In this document: in pieces, positions 35,403 to 48,400 of the stretch
Position numbering within the stretch: position 1 is the stretch's first letter
Layout: every line of letters starts with the position of its first letter
NCBI RefSeq assembly: GCF_006345805.1
Contig: NC_043008.1
Span: 5,270,001 to 5,334,000 of the forward strand
From: Octopus sinensis
Lineage: Eukaryota
Direction of reading: 5' to 3'
Length of the DNA: 64,000 nucleotides
Notes under the pieces: generated by a model
Databases searched by the model: none
The model's input: the letters and a program-made list of their open reading frames with translations, nothing else
What the model was told of the DNA's origin: nothing
Made by a program: the position numbers and the translations under genes

Positions 35403-36783
35403 GGTTAATATAAAGCATTACGCATATCAGAAAATCAAAAAAAAAATGTGTGTAATAGGTGTAAAACAACTTCCTATGAACGAATATGAAAAAAAAAATT
35501 CGCGCACGCGAAAGGGGGTGGGGGAGAGGCCTCGGAAAATTCACATCGGGAAGTTCCGAAAGCGTCTGAGGGGCTGACCCGGGCACCAAAACAAAAAAAA
35601 ATAGTGTAATATGTGTAAAACAACTTGCTCTAAACGAATATGACAAAAAAAATGCACTCTCGCGAAAGAGGGGTGGGGGAGAGGCCTCGGAAAATTTATA
35701 TCGGGAATTTCCGAAAGCGTCTGAACCGGGCACAAAAACAAAAACAAAAACAGCGTAATAGGTGTAAAACAACTTGCTCTAAACGACTATCATGAAAAAA
35801 ATGCGCGTTCGCGAAAGGGGGGGTGGGGGAGAGGCTTCGGAAATTTCACATCTTCAGTCCACGGCCTTTAAACTAAGAAAAAATAGTGTAATTGGTGTAA
35901 AACTACTTGTTCTAAACGAGGATCAAGAACACACACTCACACATGAATCATAAACTCCGTATTTTTGTACATATTTCGCAAAAAAAAATTAATAATAAAG
36001 AGAAGAAATTCTGGAAAAAAAACTCATTTCTTTATCATCATTGTCGATGGACCACTCAAAGAGGTATGTATACCTTATCATTTTCGTAACATAATTTCTG
36101 TAGTAGTTCAAGATGTTTCTGACACGTATTTTGATTCACATGGCGGAGATCCAACATTTCTTCACTTTTTCCAGAATTTCTTCTCTTTATTATTATTTTT
36201 TTTTGCGAAATATGTACAAAAATACGGAGTTTATGATTCATGTGTGAGTGTGTGTTCTTGATACTCGTTTAGAACAAGTAGTTTTACACCAATTACACTA
36301 TTTTTTCTTAGTTTAAAGGCCGTGGACTGAAGATGTGAAATTTCCGAAGCCTCTCCCCCACCCCCCTTTCGCGAGCGCGCATTTTTTTCATGATAGTCGT
36401 TTAGAGCAAGTTGTTTTACACCTATTACGCTGTTTTTGTTTTTGTTTTTGTGCCCGGTTCAGACGCTTTCGGAAATTCCCGATATAAATTTTCCGAGGCC
36501 TCTCCCCCACCCCTCTTTCGCGAGAGTGCATTTTTTTTGTCATATTCGTTTAGAGCAAGTTGTTTTACACATATTACACTATTTTTTTTTTGTTTTGGTG
36601 CCCGGGTCAGCCCCTCAGACGCTTTCGGAACTTCCCGATGTGAATTTTCCGAGGCCTCTCCCCCACCCCCCTTTCGCGTGCGCGAATATTTTTTTTTCAT
36701 ATTCGTTCATAGGAAGTTGTTTTACACCTATTACACACATTTTTTTTTTGATTTTCTGATATGCGTAACGCTTTATATTAACC
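35403..36783. mobile_element. 1381 bp foldback element: two near-identical ~615 bp modular arms around a ~146 bp spacer
   Basis: Termini GGTTAATATAAAGC / GCTTTATATTAACC; 8 bp TSD ATCTGTTT (35395-35402 and 36784-36791); empty-site paralog near 19708-19725. Confidence 0.92.
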
Positions 36784-36791
36784 ATCTGTTT

Positions 36792-36822
36792 TAGGGTTAG
36801 GGTTAGAGTTAGGGTTAGGGTT
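36792..36822 (+). repeat. Interstitial (TTAGGG)n-like repeat inside a MULE-like derivative that starts GGATCTTTTCAC at 35272
   Basis: ttagggttagggttagagttagggttagggtt. Confidence 0.85.
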
Positions 36823-37524
36823 GCAAGAATATTTATCAGAAAAATTCTTAGTTACCAGTGGTCTAGCGAGAAGGAAAAAATGAGTCAATAGACTATATAT
36901 TATTCAAAGAAGAATACAGTGTACGTTGAAGCAACCCGAAGAATATGATATCTGACTCACTAGAAAGAGCAGTCAAACTCCAAGCCACTAATTGTTGTAA
37001 TTCCGAAAGTGATTGAAAAATAAAAACTTTTACCTTAATCCTAGACCCTGCAAGGTTTCTGCAGCCTTAAATACAGACTGAAATAAGATAATTTCAGTCT
37101 ATACCTGGCGCTGCATTTTCTGTAGGTTGCCAAGACTGAACACACAGACACGGAGCTATAAGTAATCAGCCACGTGTTTATAGGTTCTAATTCTTCGAAT
37201 CCACCGCACAAATGCAGAACTCAACCAGCACTAAATAAATAAATTGCCCATTTTCTTCCAAAATTTGCCAAAAAACATTTTATCATTAATTAAAATCTTA
37301 GGCTAGCAAGAATATTTATTGAAAAAATTCTTAGTTACCAGTGGTCAGATATCATATTCTTTGGGTATCTCTTTTGTGTTTGAATGTACACTGTATTCTT
37401 CTCTGTATATATATATATGTATATATATAAGTTCAGAAAAATTTAGATTCAGTTGAATATGGTACTTAAGTTAAAGGCACCAGAATTTTGTGTGGTATTA
37501 TCCATATAAATCAAATGGGGTGAT

Positions 37525-37795
37525 TATAATCAAAATAAGCAACAAGTATATCCAAAGTAGAGTAGTACAGTTGTTTCATGCTACTTCATTTTATTAAACA
37601 CTGTAAGTATTACATCAGTTTTAAAATGTTGAGCAATCTTCAGCCACATATAGAATTTTTCAATTAAACAGACAATGCACATTCTTACACTTATTTTAAA
37701 ACTGATGTAATACTTACATTGTTTAATAAAATGAAGTAGCATGAAACAATTGTACTACTCTACCTTGGATATCCTTGTTGGTTATTTTGATTATA
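37525..37795. repeat. Palindromic Penelope-like remnant (paralog at 49727-49915)
   Basis: aatcaaaataagcaacaag...gtttcatgctac is inverted at the right end; contains the 37562-37647 hammerhead. Confidence 0.8.
37562..37647 (-). ncRNA. Candidate type I hammerhead ribozyme with a long stem II
   Basis: GTGG-CTGAAGA-[59 nt imperfect hairpin]-GAAAC-AACT-GTA|CTAC. Confidence 0.55.
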
Positions 37796-39354
37796 TATAT
37801 CGAACATATATATATATATATCATATGATGTAATTTTATTCATAACTTATTTTCTTAATAGCTTATTACTATTGAATCCTTTCATAAAAGCAATTTGTTG
37901 ATCTAAGTTGGCCTGTCCTATCACTTCAAGAATTTTCTTTGTTATATTTATCTGTTCATTGTTGGACAATCAATATAGTCATTACGTTTGGCAATTGCAG
38001 AAATTCTACTCGAGACATCTGCAACCTAATTCTTTCTTCGTGGATGGCATTGTATTTCACATGAGAACATTGAAAGCTGTAATCTCCAACAGCAGACATA
38101 AATTTGCATTTTAATAATAGATTGAGGTCAGCAACCAAATAGAAATGCAATAAACTGACAGAATTGTTTGGGTGTCAGACAGAATACCTTATGCCATTTG
38201 TTCTGATACATTCTGAGTTCAAATCCTGCTGAGGCTAACTTTACCTTTTGTCCATTCAGAGTTGATTTAAAAAAAAAAATTACCAGTCTAGAGTGATGAA
38301 CTGGAAATGTTAGTCATCATCATCATCATCATCATCATCATCGTTTAATGTCTGTTTTCCATGCTAGCACGGGTTGGACAGTTCGGCCAGGGTGTGGGAA
38401 ACCAGGAGGCTGCACCAGGCTCCAGTCTGATCTGGCAGTGTTTCTACAGCTGGATGCCCTTCCTAATGCCAACCACTCTGTGAGTGTAGTGGGTGCTTTT
38501 TACGTGCCACCAGCACAGGTGCCAGGTGAGGCAGGCAACGGCCATGATCAGTTGGTGCTTTTTACGTGCCACTGGCACGGAGGCCAGTCAAGGTGGCGCT
38601 GACATCAGCCACATTCGGATGGATCTTTTTACGTGCCACCGGCACAGGGATCACAGCTACAATTTCCATTGATTTTTGATGTTGATGTACTTTACCCAAT
38701 CACAGGGTCGAAACAGTGTTTCTTTACTTGCCACCTGCACAGGAGTCAGTCCAGTGGCACTGGCAACGGCCGGGTGCCAGTCATAGGATTTGGTTCAGGC
38801 AAATACCTTTGGTATCTGCTCCAGATTTGTGCATTCTGATTTCAAATCCTACCCATCACAAAAAAACAAAAAAACAAAAAGGGACACTAGATGTGAGGAG
38901 TTGCAATCGAAAGATTAGTATCGACAATTTGAAAAATCAGTTGAACCATAGTTTCATTGAAACAATGGCTTCTCATTTTGCATTAGGACAAAACTCTGGA
39001 GAAGCTAACCATTTGTTCTTCTACACATACCTTGGATCAAGGTTCTGCAACAACTATTACAATAGCCTCTGATCTTTACATGCTACGTTCTCCTAGTCTA
39101 GATCAAGTTCAATAGCATCTGTTTCTTATAACAAACTGTATCCTCCCTCACCTGGCTCAAGTTTTACAATGGATGCTATTTCTTATAACATGCTAGCAGG
39201 TCCTTCTTAACAACATTATAAGACTTAAGGCAAATGAATGCACTCAGCCCTGTAAAAATTTATTGACAGCATGCCAGAGCATAAATTGATTAGAAAGGGA
39301 TCCCCAGGCCTGTGTAGCCCCATTTTAAAATGACTTAAACATGCTGGTGCAGTT

Positions 39355-39962
39355 GCCATCATTATTCGACCGTGGTCGAGACAATGGAATTTATTATGTT
39401 ATGCCAGACTTCACGGTCCATCATAGCATTACGGAGATCCTGTTGCTGGATGCCTGTATCCCTGGAGATTACATCAGGGTAGGGGAGTGTGCGCCCTCTG
39501 GTATCATGAGCAGATGGCTTCCAGAGGAGAAGAGTAGAAATTACCAACAATGTCTTAAATATGGTTTCTGATTACAAACATGTTGGGTCATACATATCAT
39601 CATCTGAAGAAATTTTCTAACTAGAAAGGGTATGGCCAGGTCAGCCTGTAATGATATGCATAAGATCTGGTCATCAAATCTAAGTAGAGATTTCAAACTT
39701 AAAATCTTCAAAGCCACAGTCGAACCAATTCTACTATATGGCTCAGAAACCTGGACGTTATCAAAGATGCTTGAGAGGCAGTTGGATGGAACTTACACTC
39801 GCCTCCTTATGAGAGCTCAAAATCTCTCATGGAAGCGTCATCCAACCAAAGTAAAAATATATGGGAAATTACCACCTGTATCATTTCTTGTGAAAGGTAA
39901 AAGAGTCCAGTTTGCTGGACATTGTTGTAGAGCTGAAAACGAGGTAATTTCTACTCTTCTCC
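39355..39962. mobile_element. RTE LINE insertion with a 5' inversion
   Basis: The 3' part lies on minus (39545-39355) and the upstream part on plus (39546-39962); translation includes LGSY, ILLYGSETW and RVQFAGHC motifs. Confidence 0.85.
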
Positions 39963-40033
39963 AGGAGCTGGCGGGCGGCGAATATACACATATATACATG
40001 CATAATATATCTACCCATACACACATACGCACT

Positions 40034-40065
<32 letters not shown>

Positions 40066-40284
40066 TAGGGGCAGGTGTGGCTGTGTGGTAACAAACTACG
40101 TTCCAAACGCATGGTCCTGGGTTCAGTCCCACTGTGTGGTGACTTGGCATGTGTCTTCTGCTGTAGCTTTAGACCAACAAAAGCCTTCTCAGTGGATTTT
40201 GTACATATATACAGGCATACATACATATATATATACATGCATACGTACATATTCGGCATAAACACTCTACTACTACAACTAATA

Positions 40285-40470
40285 ACTGTTGGGAACACTT
40301 TCAAGCCTGCCTTACATTCGAACCGGAATCTCAAAAACATTGTCCCCTTCAGCGCCAAGCTCAACTGCTCTATCCTGACATGGAGGGTATCAGCAATGAA
40401 ATCTATAACAAAACACTCATTGACGTTGAAGATAGAATTGCTAAATTGGGTGGAAATGAATTGTCGACGC
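40285..40470 (+). pseudogene. Fragment of a second Helitron subfamily (Rep-helicase linker)
   Basis: Translates as CWEHFQACLTFEPESQKHCPLQRQAQLLYPDMEGISNEIYNKTLIDVEDRIAKLGG. This resembles the linker of the main element (HAQSLHPSMEVGYTDLNYNRALLEIKDTVLDMGG) but is divergent. Confidence 0.6.
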
Positions 40471-40599
40471 AGGAAACACAACAAAAAACACTCAAACACA
40501 CACGTGTGTGTGTTTGTTACAGTTGTCAATTGTTGAAAGAAACAAATTGTAAGCTAAGAAGGTCTGTGTGTGTGTGCATGCGTGTGTGTGTGTGTGTGT

Positions 40600-43500
40600 C
40601 TGTGTGTGTAGGAAGTGAAGGATAAAAATATGGACCTTTTATTTCCATACAGACAACATAACACTATCAACCTCATACCACCACCACAACGTTTTTCTTT
40701 ATCCTGTTAAAAACTGATTGATTCTATCCCTTTTACCTATGACCTTAGCCACGTCAGCCGAAAGTTAAATCAACAGAGGATCACCTTTATACCTACAAAC
40801 ATATGTCTATTTTTATAGCTGCAACCACATTATATATACCGTACTTAACACACACCATGACACACCACAAATGTACCCTGAACGAGATGGACTATTCATT
40901 ATAATACATCAGTTCCACACATTTACCCTGGTTCCATTTCGGACAACAGCACAAACATTTGCCATTTGACACATGTATGTAAATAAATTCCTTTCTTAAA
41001 AATTTCAATTCATTTTCTTTTTCAATTTACCTTTCTATACACTTTACACAAATATTTGATTAAACAACTAAAACACTTGCCATTTCGAACATGTACGTAA
41101 ACTACTTCCATTCTTACAAATCTAACTTTATTTTCTTGCTTTTAACTCAACTTTCAATACACTTTACACACTCTGTCACTATACTTGCATAAACAATTTC
41201 TTTCAGCTGCAAATATTTCTTTCTTTTCCTTCCATGGTCAACATTTTTCCACATTTCATTCACAGTGTCTTGTGTTCTATCTTTAAGTAATTTTCACCCT
41301 TTCTTTTTCACATAAAATGCCACCGAAAAAGAGAAGTCGCCTCAGCCGCCATACTGCAGCAGCAGCGGCACAAAAGGCGATTATCGCAAACGAGTCCTCC
41401 GACAAAAACGCTTTCAGACTTTCACAGAGCACCTTACGTTCAGAGCAATCACGAGCTGCTGAAAATTTACAACAGCGCAACGCACGCCTAGCAAAAATGG
41501 CTTCATACGATGCTGCTTCCAGGGCTTCAGAGGGTCTGGAAACAATGTCGAAGCGCATGGCCATAAAGGCTGCTGCTGTTGCTGCTGCACAAAGGGCTTC
41601 AGAGGACCCACAACAAAGGGCCACTCAACTGGCTACTGCTGCTTCAACATTTTCAACACTTCTACATTCCAGCGGAACAGTCGACGGCGCGAGGCTACCT
41701 GCAGTCTGACGAGTCCAAGCAGCCCTTACTGGCATCTACGAGCTTTCAAGTATGAGCCCAACTTCAATTACTTGATGCACGCTGACATAAATATTGGGGA
41801 AATGTGCTTCAATTGCCAATTCTGCAATGCTAAAAAGTGGGCTGGGGAACCACCTGCGATGTGCTGCTTAAACGGTAAGGTCAGCTTGCCCCCTCTTCGG
41901 GAGCTGCCAGACCCTTTGAAGGAATTACTTACTGGTTCCACCTCAAGGTCATCAAAATTCCTTCAACTCATCAGGAAGTACAATTGTGCATTTCAGATGA
42001 CTTCTTTCGGGGCTAACGTTGTCAGAGAAACTGGTTGGATGCCTACTTTCAAGGTCCAGGGCCAGGTGTACCACCATATTGGGTCACTCCAGCCACTACA
42101 AAATTGCAAACCTTTGTTCCTTCAAATTTATTTCATTTCAAATTACAATAGGCAACTTGATGTGCATTTCGGCGTAATTCCACAACCTGCAAACACTGAC
42201 GCTGACAATTTCGACAGAGACGTGCTGCTCAGTCTGCAAAACATGCTTCATGAGCACAACAGCTACATTCACAGTTTCAAATACGCCTTGGAAACAGCCC
42301 CTTCACCAACATTCACCATTGTCATCGATGCTGACAAAAGACCTTCTGGGGAGCACGCACGCCGATATAACGCCCCTTCGTGCAATGAAGTGGCCATAGT
42401 TCCCCATGGTGAACAGCACAATAAGCGAGACATAGTTCTTCAAAGTCGCGACAGTGGTCTTCAGCGTATTAATGAGACGCATCAGTCATATGATGCCCTG
42501 CAGTATCCCCTTCTTTTTACGTATGGAGAAGACGGGTACCATTTCGGCATTCCTCACCACAAACCAAACGAGCCCTCGGCTGCGACATCTAAAACTGTTT
42601 CATGTATGGCTTTTTACTCATACCGCTTCATGACAAGGCATAATAATTTCAACCCCCTGCACAGATCACGGCAACTGTTTCACCAGTTTGCAGTTGACAT
42701 GGCTGCAAAGATGGAGTCCGAGAGACTGGGCTTCATCAAATTGAATCAGAAGCAGCTGCGCTCAGACTCCTACATCCATTTGCGTGATGGCATCAGGAAT
42801 GACACTGACGCCCGCAATATCGGCAAAATGTGCATTCTCCCCTCAACCTATACAGGGGGCCCACGGTACATGCACGAGCGAACACAAGACACTATGACTT
42901 ATGTTCGGCATTATGGGCGACCCGATTTATTCATTACCTTTACATGTAACCCAAAGTAGGTTGAGGTAACGCGAGAACTTTTCCCAGGGCAGTAGTACTG
43001 TCATCGCCATGATATTATTGCAAGGGTTTTCAGGTAGAAACTGGCTAAGCTCATTAATTTAAAAGGGCAGGTTTTTGGGCCTGTTAACTGTCACATGTAT
43101 ACTGTTGAGTGGCAGAAAAGAGGGTTGCCACACGCGCACGTTTTGCTTTGGTTGCTCAACAAAATAGACCCAACAGTTCTTGATGATCTCATTGCAGCAG
43201 AAATTCCGGACCCAACTGTTGACCGGCAGCTGTACGACATTGTGAAGGCACACATGGTACATGGTCCGTGCAGTACTGGTTTTCAAAAGTTCTCCTCATG
43301 CCACAAAGACCACGTGTGCACTAAACGGTACCCAAAGAGGTTCGTGGACGAGACCCAGACCGGCCGCGACGGATACCCACTGTACAGAAGAAGGCACCCT
43401 GACAATGGTGGATTCACTATGACGTTACGGGGTCATCAAGTGGATAATAGGTGGGTAGTACCGTACTGTCCATTTCTGATGAAAACTTTTAACGCTCACA

Positions 43501-46500
43501 TAAATGTGGAGTTCTGTCATTCAGTCAAGTCTATAAAGTATATATGTAAATATGTTAACAAGGGTTCTGACACTACCATGTTTGGCCTTCAAAAGGACAA
43601 TAGCATGAACGAGGTGTCACAGTACTTGGCAGGTCGGTACATAAGCAATGGTGAAGCTTTTTGGCGGATATTCGGGTTTCCACTTCACCAAAGGCACCCC
43701 GCCATCATACAACTAGCGGTTCATTTGGAAAATGGCCAGCGAACTTACTTTACTGAACAGACTGCAGCTGAATTGGCAGCAAATCCAAATCAAACAACTT
43801 TGACCGGTTTCTTTAGGCTTTGCCAACTTGATACATTTGCTAAAACACTTTTATACCCTCAGGTCCCGTCCTACTACGTGTGGTCAAACAACAATTGGGT
43901 GCGTAGGAAGTCGGGTCAGGATGTTGAAGGACATCCTGGTGTCAAGTTTAACAGTTGTCTAGGAAGAGTCTACACTGTACCTCCAAACCAACATGAGTGT
44001 TTTCACCTGCGCCTTCTCCTCCATGAGGTTTTAGGCCCACAAAGTTTTCAGGACATCAGAACTGTTGATGGTGTATTATGTGATACTTTCCGCGAAACCT
44101 GTTTTCAGCGTCGACTTTTGGAGGATGATTCACAATGGGGCGCCACTATGGCGGAGGGTGTTTCGTTAAAATCTCCTAAAAAAATCAGATCGCTTTTCGC
44201 TATTCTACTACTATGGTGTGACTTGGTTGATCCCGCCTGTTTATGGCTTACCTACAAAGATTATATGTCTGAAGATTTCCTGCGTCACGCTCAATCGCTA
44301 CATCCATCAATGGAGGTCGGGTACACTGACCTCAATTACAACAGGGCGCTGCTTGAAATCAAAGATACTGTACTTGATATGGGCGGTAGTGCCTTGCTGG
44401 TCTATGGCCTACCTTCAACAAACCGGGAAGGCACAAACACTCTGTCTTCACATTTGCTGCGTGAGACATGTTTTAATGTTGACGAGCTTGCCGAGTACAT
44501 AGCCGACAATGAGCCAAAGCTCCTTCCAGAACAGAAGTTCGCTTACAACTCCGTTGTTAATTCAGTCTGGGCCAAAGCTGGGGGATTTTTTTCCTGGACA
44601 CTCCTGGGGGCACTGGGAAAACTTTTGTCAACAAATTAGTATTGGCTGAGATTAGGTGAACACAAGGCATTGCCCTAGCTGTGGCATCATCTGGAATTGC
44701 GGCTACTTTGTTGCCAGGCGGCAGGACAGCTCACTCCACTTTCAAGCTCCTGCTTGACTTAGCGAAGACTGAGACACCAACTTGCAACATCAGTAACAGC
44801 TCCGGTCAGGCAGAAATCTTCAGACGATGCAAGCTTATCGTTTGGGATGAATGCACGATGGCCCACAGAGGTGCTCAGAGACATCAAACACTCTTCAGCT
44901 CCCATGGGAGGCATAACACTTCTTCTTTCAGGGGACTTCCGACAAACACTTCCCGTTATTCCCATGGGACTAGAGCTGATGTAGTAAGTGCGTGTCTTAA
45001 GTCATCCACATTGTGGCCACTGGTGAAGACTCTCAAACTTCACACCAATATGCGTGCTCATATGCGACGTGATATCACATCAGTAGCATTTTCTCACACC
45101 CTCCTAGCACTTGGTGAAGGCAAAATACCAGGGGATGAAAATGGTAATATTGCCATCGATTCCATTTGTACCATTGTTAAACGCCTTCTGATCTCAGAGA
45201 TGCAGTGTTCCCAGATCTACAAGCTAATTATCAGAATATGGATTGGATTGGCCAAAGGGCTATTCTGGCCCCGAGGAATAAAACTATTCACCATATTAAT
45301 GATGAAATGCTAAATCTCATTCCTGGGGATGTCTATGTATATAAGTCTATCGATACAACTCCTGACCCAGAGGACGTCATCAACTATCCAATAGAGGTAC
45401 TCAATTCCTTTGAGCCCCCCGGACTACCACCACACATTCTCAAACTTAAAGTTGGTGCCCCTATAATGCTCATTAGAAATTTGGTTCCCCCAAAACAATG
45501 CAATGGCACATGTTTGATCGTTAAGTCCTTATCTCCCAATCTGATTGAGGCCACCATTATCACAGGGTGCGGTCGAGGCAACGTTGTGCTCATACCTAGG
45601 ATGCATCTTTTCCCATCAGGAGCAGACCTACCGTTCATATTTCGGAGGTCCCAGTTCCCAGTAAGGCCGTTTCGCAATGTCAATTAAGAAAGCGCAGGGT
45701 CAAACACTGTCTGTGGCGGGAATACATTTGAGAGAGCCATGTTTCTCTCATGGTCAGCTTTATGTTGGCTGCTCGCGTGTCGGCAGCAACAGTGATGCTT
45801 TCGCATTCATTCCACAACGAAAAGCATTATGTACAAGGAGGTTTTATAGGATTACTACGTTTCATCATTTTCGAACACGTTAATATTTCACTTACATACG
45901 ACTCTCTTTTATGATGGCATTTACATTTTTAGGCATTTCATGACATTAATTCACACTTGACCAACACTTGTCCTTCGCTCACCTCTATTTCTATCCATTC
46001 ATCATCAAACCACCAGCCTCATCTTCTATATCCAATGTACATGACACATCTACCCCCTACATCTACACTCTCACTGTTAAAGTTTACATAAGCGACAACA
46101 CGATCGTTATACAACAACAAATTTAATCATAACGCCCATCAATGAAAACATCTCCACCATTGTGTTGTGATTCATCTATTCAGCACCACTACAGTCTTGC
46201 CGGTCTGACATATGGTGAGTAGATGCTATTGTTCTATATTTTATAAATTACCCATATTTACTTACCCATGCTTCATTCCCCTCTTGCCTACATAGGGCAT
46301 CTATTCTCTTTTAACACAGCATGAAGTTTTGTAACAGCACATCCGCTGCCGTTCGTGGAAAACGAAGAGATCCTATTCACCTGCGAACGTTTTACACCGC
46401 CTTCCATGACTATCAAATTCTTACAATTATGAGAACAATAACATGGCTCTTTTCAAGGCAACCTCACATTCAATTCTTACACCATTCTACGAGGGGGTAG

Positions 46501-46654
46501 GAACCCTTTTACACGGCTTTCTATACACTTACAAATACATTCATTCGCCGTAAACTTATATCAATATTTGCCTGAATAATCATCATAATTCAGTGCAATC
46601 ATTAACAGTACTTTCAAGCAATTCAGCCCCGAGCATCGCCGGGCAATTCTGCTA

Positions 46655-46655
<1 letters not shown>
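40600..46655 (+). mobile_element. Formerly autonomous Helitron (5' boundary approximate)
   Basis: Carries the Rep/helicase pseudogene. The 3' end has a GC-rich hairpin (cccgagcatcgccggg, 46628-46643) then CTAG at 46652-46655 followed by T. The 5' TC terminus was not confidently located. Confidence 0.85.
41317..45860 (+). pseudogene. Helitron Rep/Pif1-helicase polyprotein, disrupted by several stops and frameshifts
   Basis: Rep motifs RPDLFITFTCNPK, YTVEWQKRGLPHAH (HUH) and KSIKYICKYVNKG; Cys-rich CQFC..CC zinc motif; Walker A FFLDTPGGTGKT (frameshifted near 44590); helicase motifs [18 protein letters not shown] and FSHGQLYVGCSRV. Confidence 0.95.
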
Positions 46656-46692
<37 letters not shown>

Positions 46693-46699
46693 ATAATAA

Positions 46700-47343
46700 T
46701 AAAGGGTAAAATTAATTAATTAGTAATTAATAATTCCACCAAGTAGTGTTCAGCATATCAAATGGACCATTTACGGTAAACTTAAACATTACTTTTTATA
46801 ATTAGGAGTATAATTATAATTAGGGTTCAGCAAAAAAATTTGCTTTGCCACATACTCTTAGAAATAGCAGCCAAAGAATTTAGCTATTTCTTCTACAATA
46901 AGAAGAATCTCCCAGACAACGTATACTCAAAAACAATTCATGTAGGCATAGAGGAAAAAATAACGAAAATTCACCCGGCATTTGATTACTTGTGGATGCG
47001 TTTCGGAGTTAGATAGATACGGAGATGCAAGAATTACATCTTCATTATACCATTCTCTTCATCAGCACAAAGATTTCAAGATTTTAAATTAGAGAGCACT
47101 GAAAAAATTGAACATACCTATCTGATTTAAGTAACATCAGACAAACTATTTTCAACATCCAGTACCAACAAATTCAAAACATATGAATGAGGCTTCATAT
47201 TCTCCCTCACCCACCCACGTGTGTTGTCGAGCAACAAATTCCTACAGTAAAAAACTGTAGTTTATTATCAGGGAGAGAATTATATTATCAATAATAATAC
47301 TTGGTGGAATTATTAATTACTAATTAATTAATTTTACCCTTTG
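46700..47343. repeat. Element with ~45 bp inverted ends containing the 46989-47071 hammerhead
   Basis: aaagggtaaaattaattaattagtaattaataattccaccaagta is inverted at 47298-47343. Confidence 0.7.
46989..47071 (-). ncRNA. Candidate type I hammerhead ribozyme with one stem III substitution
   Basis: TTTGTG-CTGATGA-[stem II]-GAAAC-GC-ATC|CACAAG; ACGCAT is one CpG-type change from the palindrome ACGCGT. Confidence 0.6.
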
Positions 47344-48093
47344 TATATATATATACATATATAGCATTTTATGTTTATCAATTTGTTTTGCAAGATTCCT
47401 GATGTGAAATTGTGTGTTTTAACAGATATTGTTGTATTTTTTTTTTGCCAAATAAACACACGCACTTTTTTCTTTTCTTCTTTTATTTATTTGTTTGTCA
47501 CTTGACTGCAGCCATGCTGGAGCACCACCTTTAGTTGAACAATTCGACCCCAGGACTTATTCTTTGTAAGCCTAGTACTTATTCTATCGGTAAACCGCTA
47601 AGTTATGGGGTCGTAAACACACCAACATCGGTTATCAAGCGATTGTGGGGGGACAAACATACACACACACACATATACGATGGACTTCCATCTACCAAAT
47701 CCACTCACAAGACTTTGGTTGGCCTGAGGCTATAGTAGAAGACACTTGCTCAAGGTGCCACACAGTGGGACTGAACCCGGAGTTATGTGGTTGGTAAGCT
47801 ACTTACCACTCCTGTGCCTATATATTCGTTCTTTACTTGTTTATTACTGTTCTTATTTTATTATTTTAACCCATGTCCATGAATGGAGTAAGTGGAGCAG
47901 GAACACACACGAAAGCAAAATGTGTCACTGAAGAGGTCACAGATGTGTGACAAAAGATTTCCAAACAATGGACATAAATTAAATTAATAAAATAACATAG
48001 TAATAAATGAGTGAAGAATAAAATATATAGTGTGTGTGTTTATTTGGCAAAAAAAAAGACCATCCCAAAATACAACATAGCATTTTAATTATA

Positions 48094-48400
48094 TCTCTAT
48101 ATATATATAAACGACAAAATGTTTGTGTGTGTGCATGTCCTTTATACAAATCCACAATTTTTCAGTTAGAGGGTCATACTTTCTATGGTCATTCAAAACC
48201 GCCCAAGAGTGGTCGTGCACATCTTTACATTTCCCCAGTCACCCTGCAAAGCCATTAAAAAATCAATAGAAGTGACTTTTTTGTGAATTTTCTATCCAAA
48301 TCCCAATCAAAATGCCCGAAACTTGATACACCAATTGAATGCCAGCTAGCTGTATGTGATTGGTTGGAGATTTGGACAGTACTCACGTATATATGTGCAC
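48094..48400 (+). mobile_element. 5' fragment of a non-autonomous Helitron family (paralog of 7470-7778)
   Basis: A|TCTCTATATATATATAAAC start and homology to 7470-7778. Confidence 0.7.

Noticed and set aside
41283-41624. Ala-rich minus-strand ORF
   Set aside because: It is the antisense shadow of the Helitron N-terminal ORF.
47922-47970. Hammerhead-like CTGAAGA-gGTCAC...GTGAC-AAAA
   Set aside because: GAAA is AAAA, and stems I and III do not pair convincingly; too degenerate to call.
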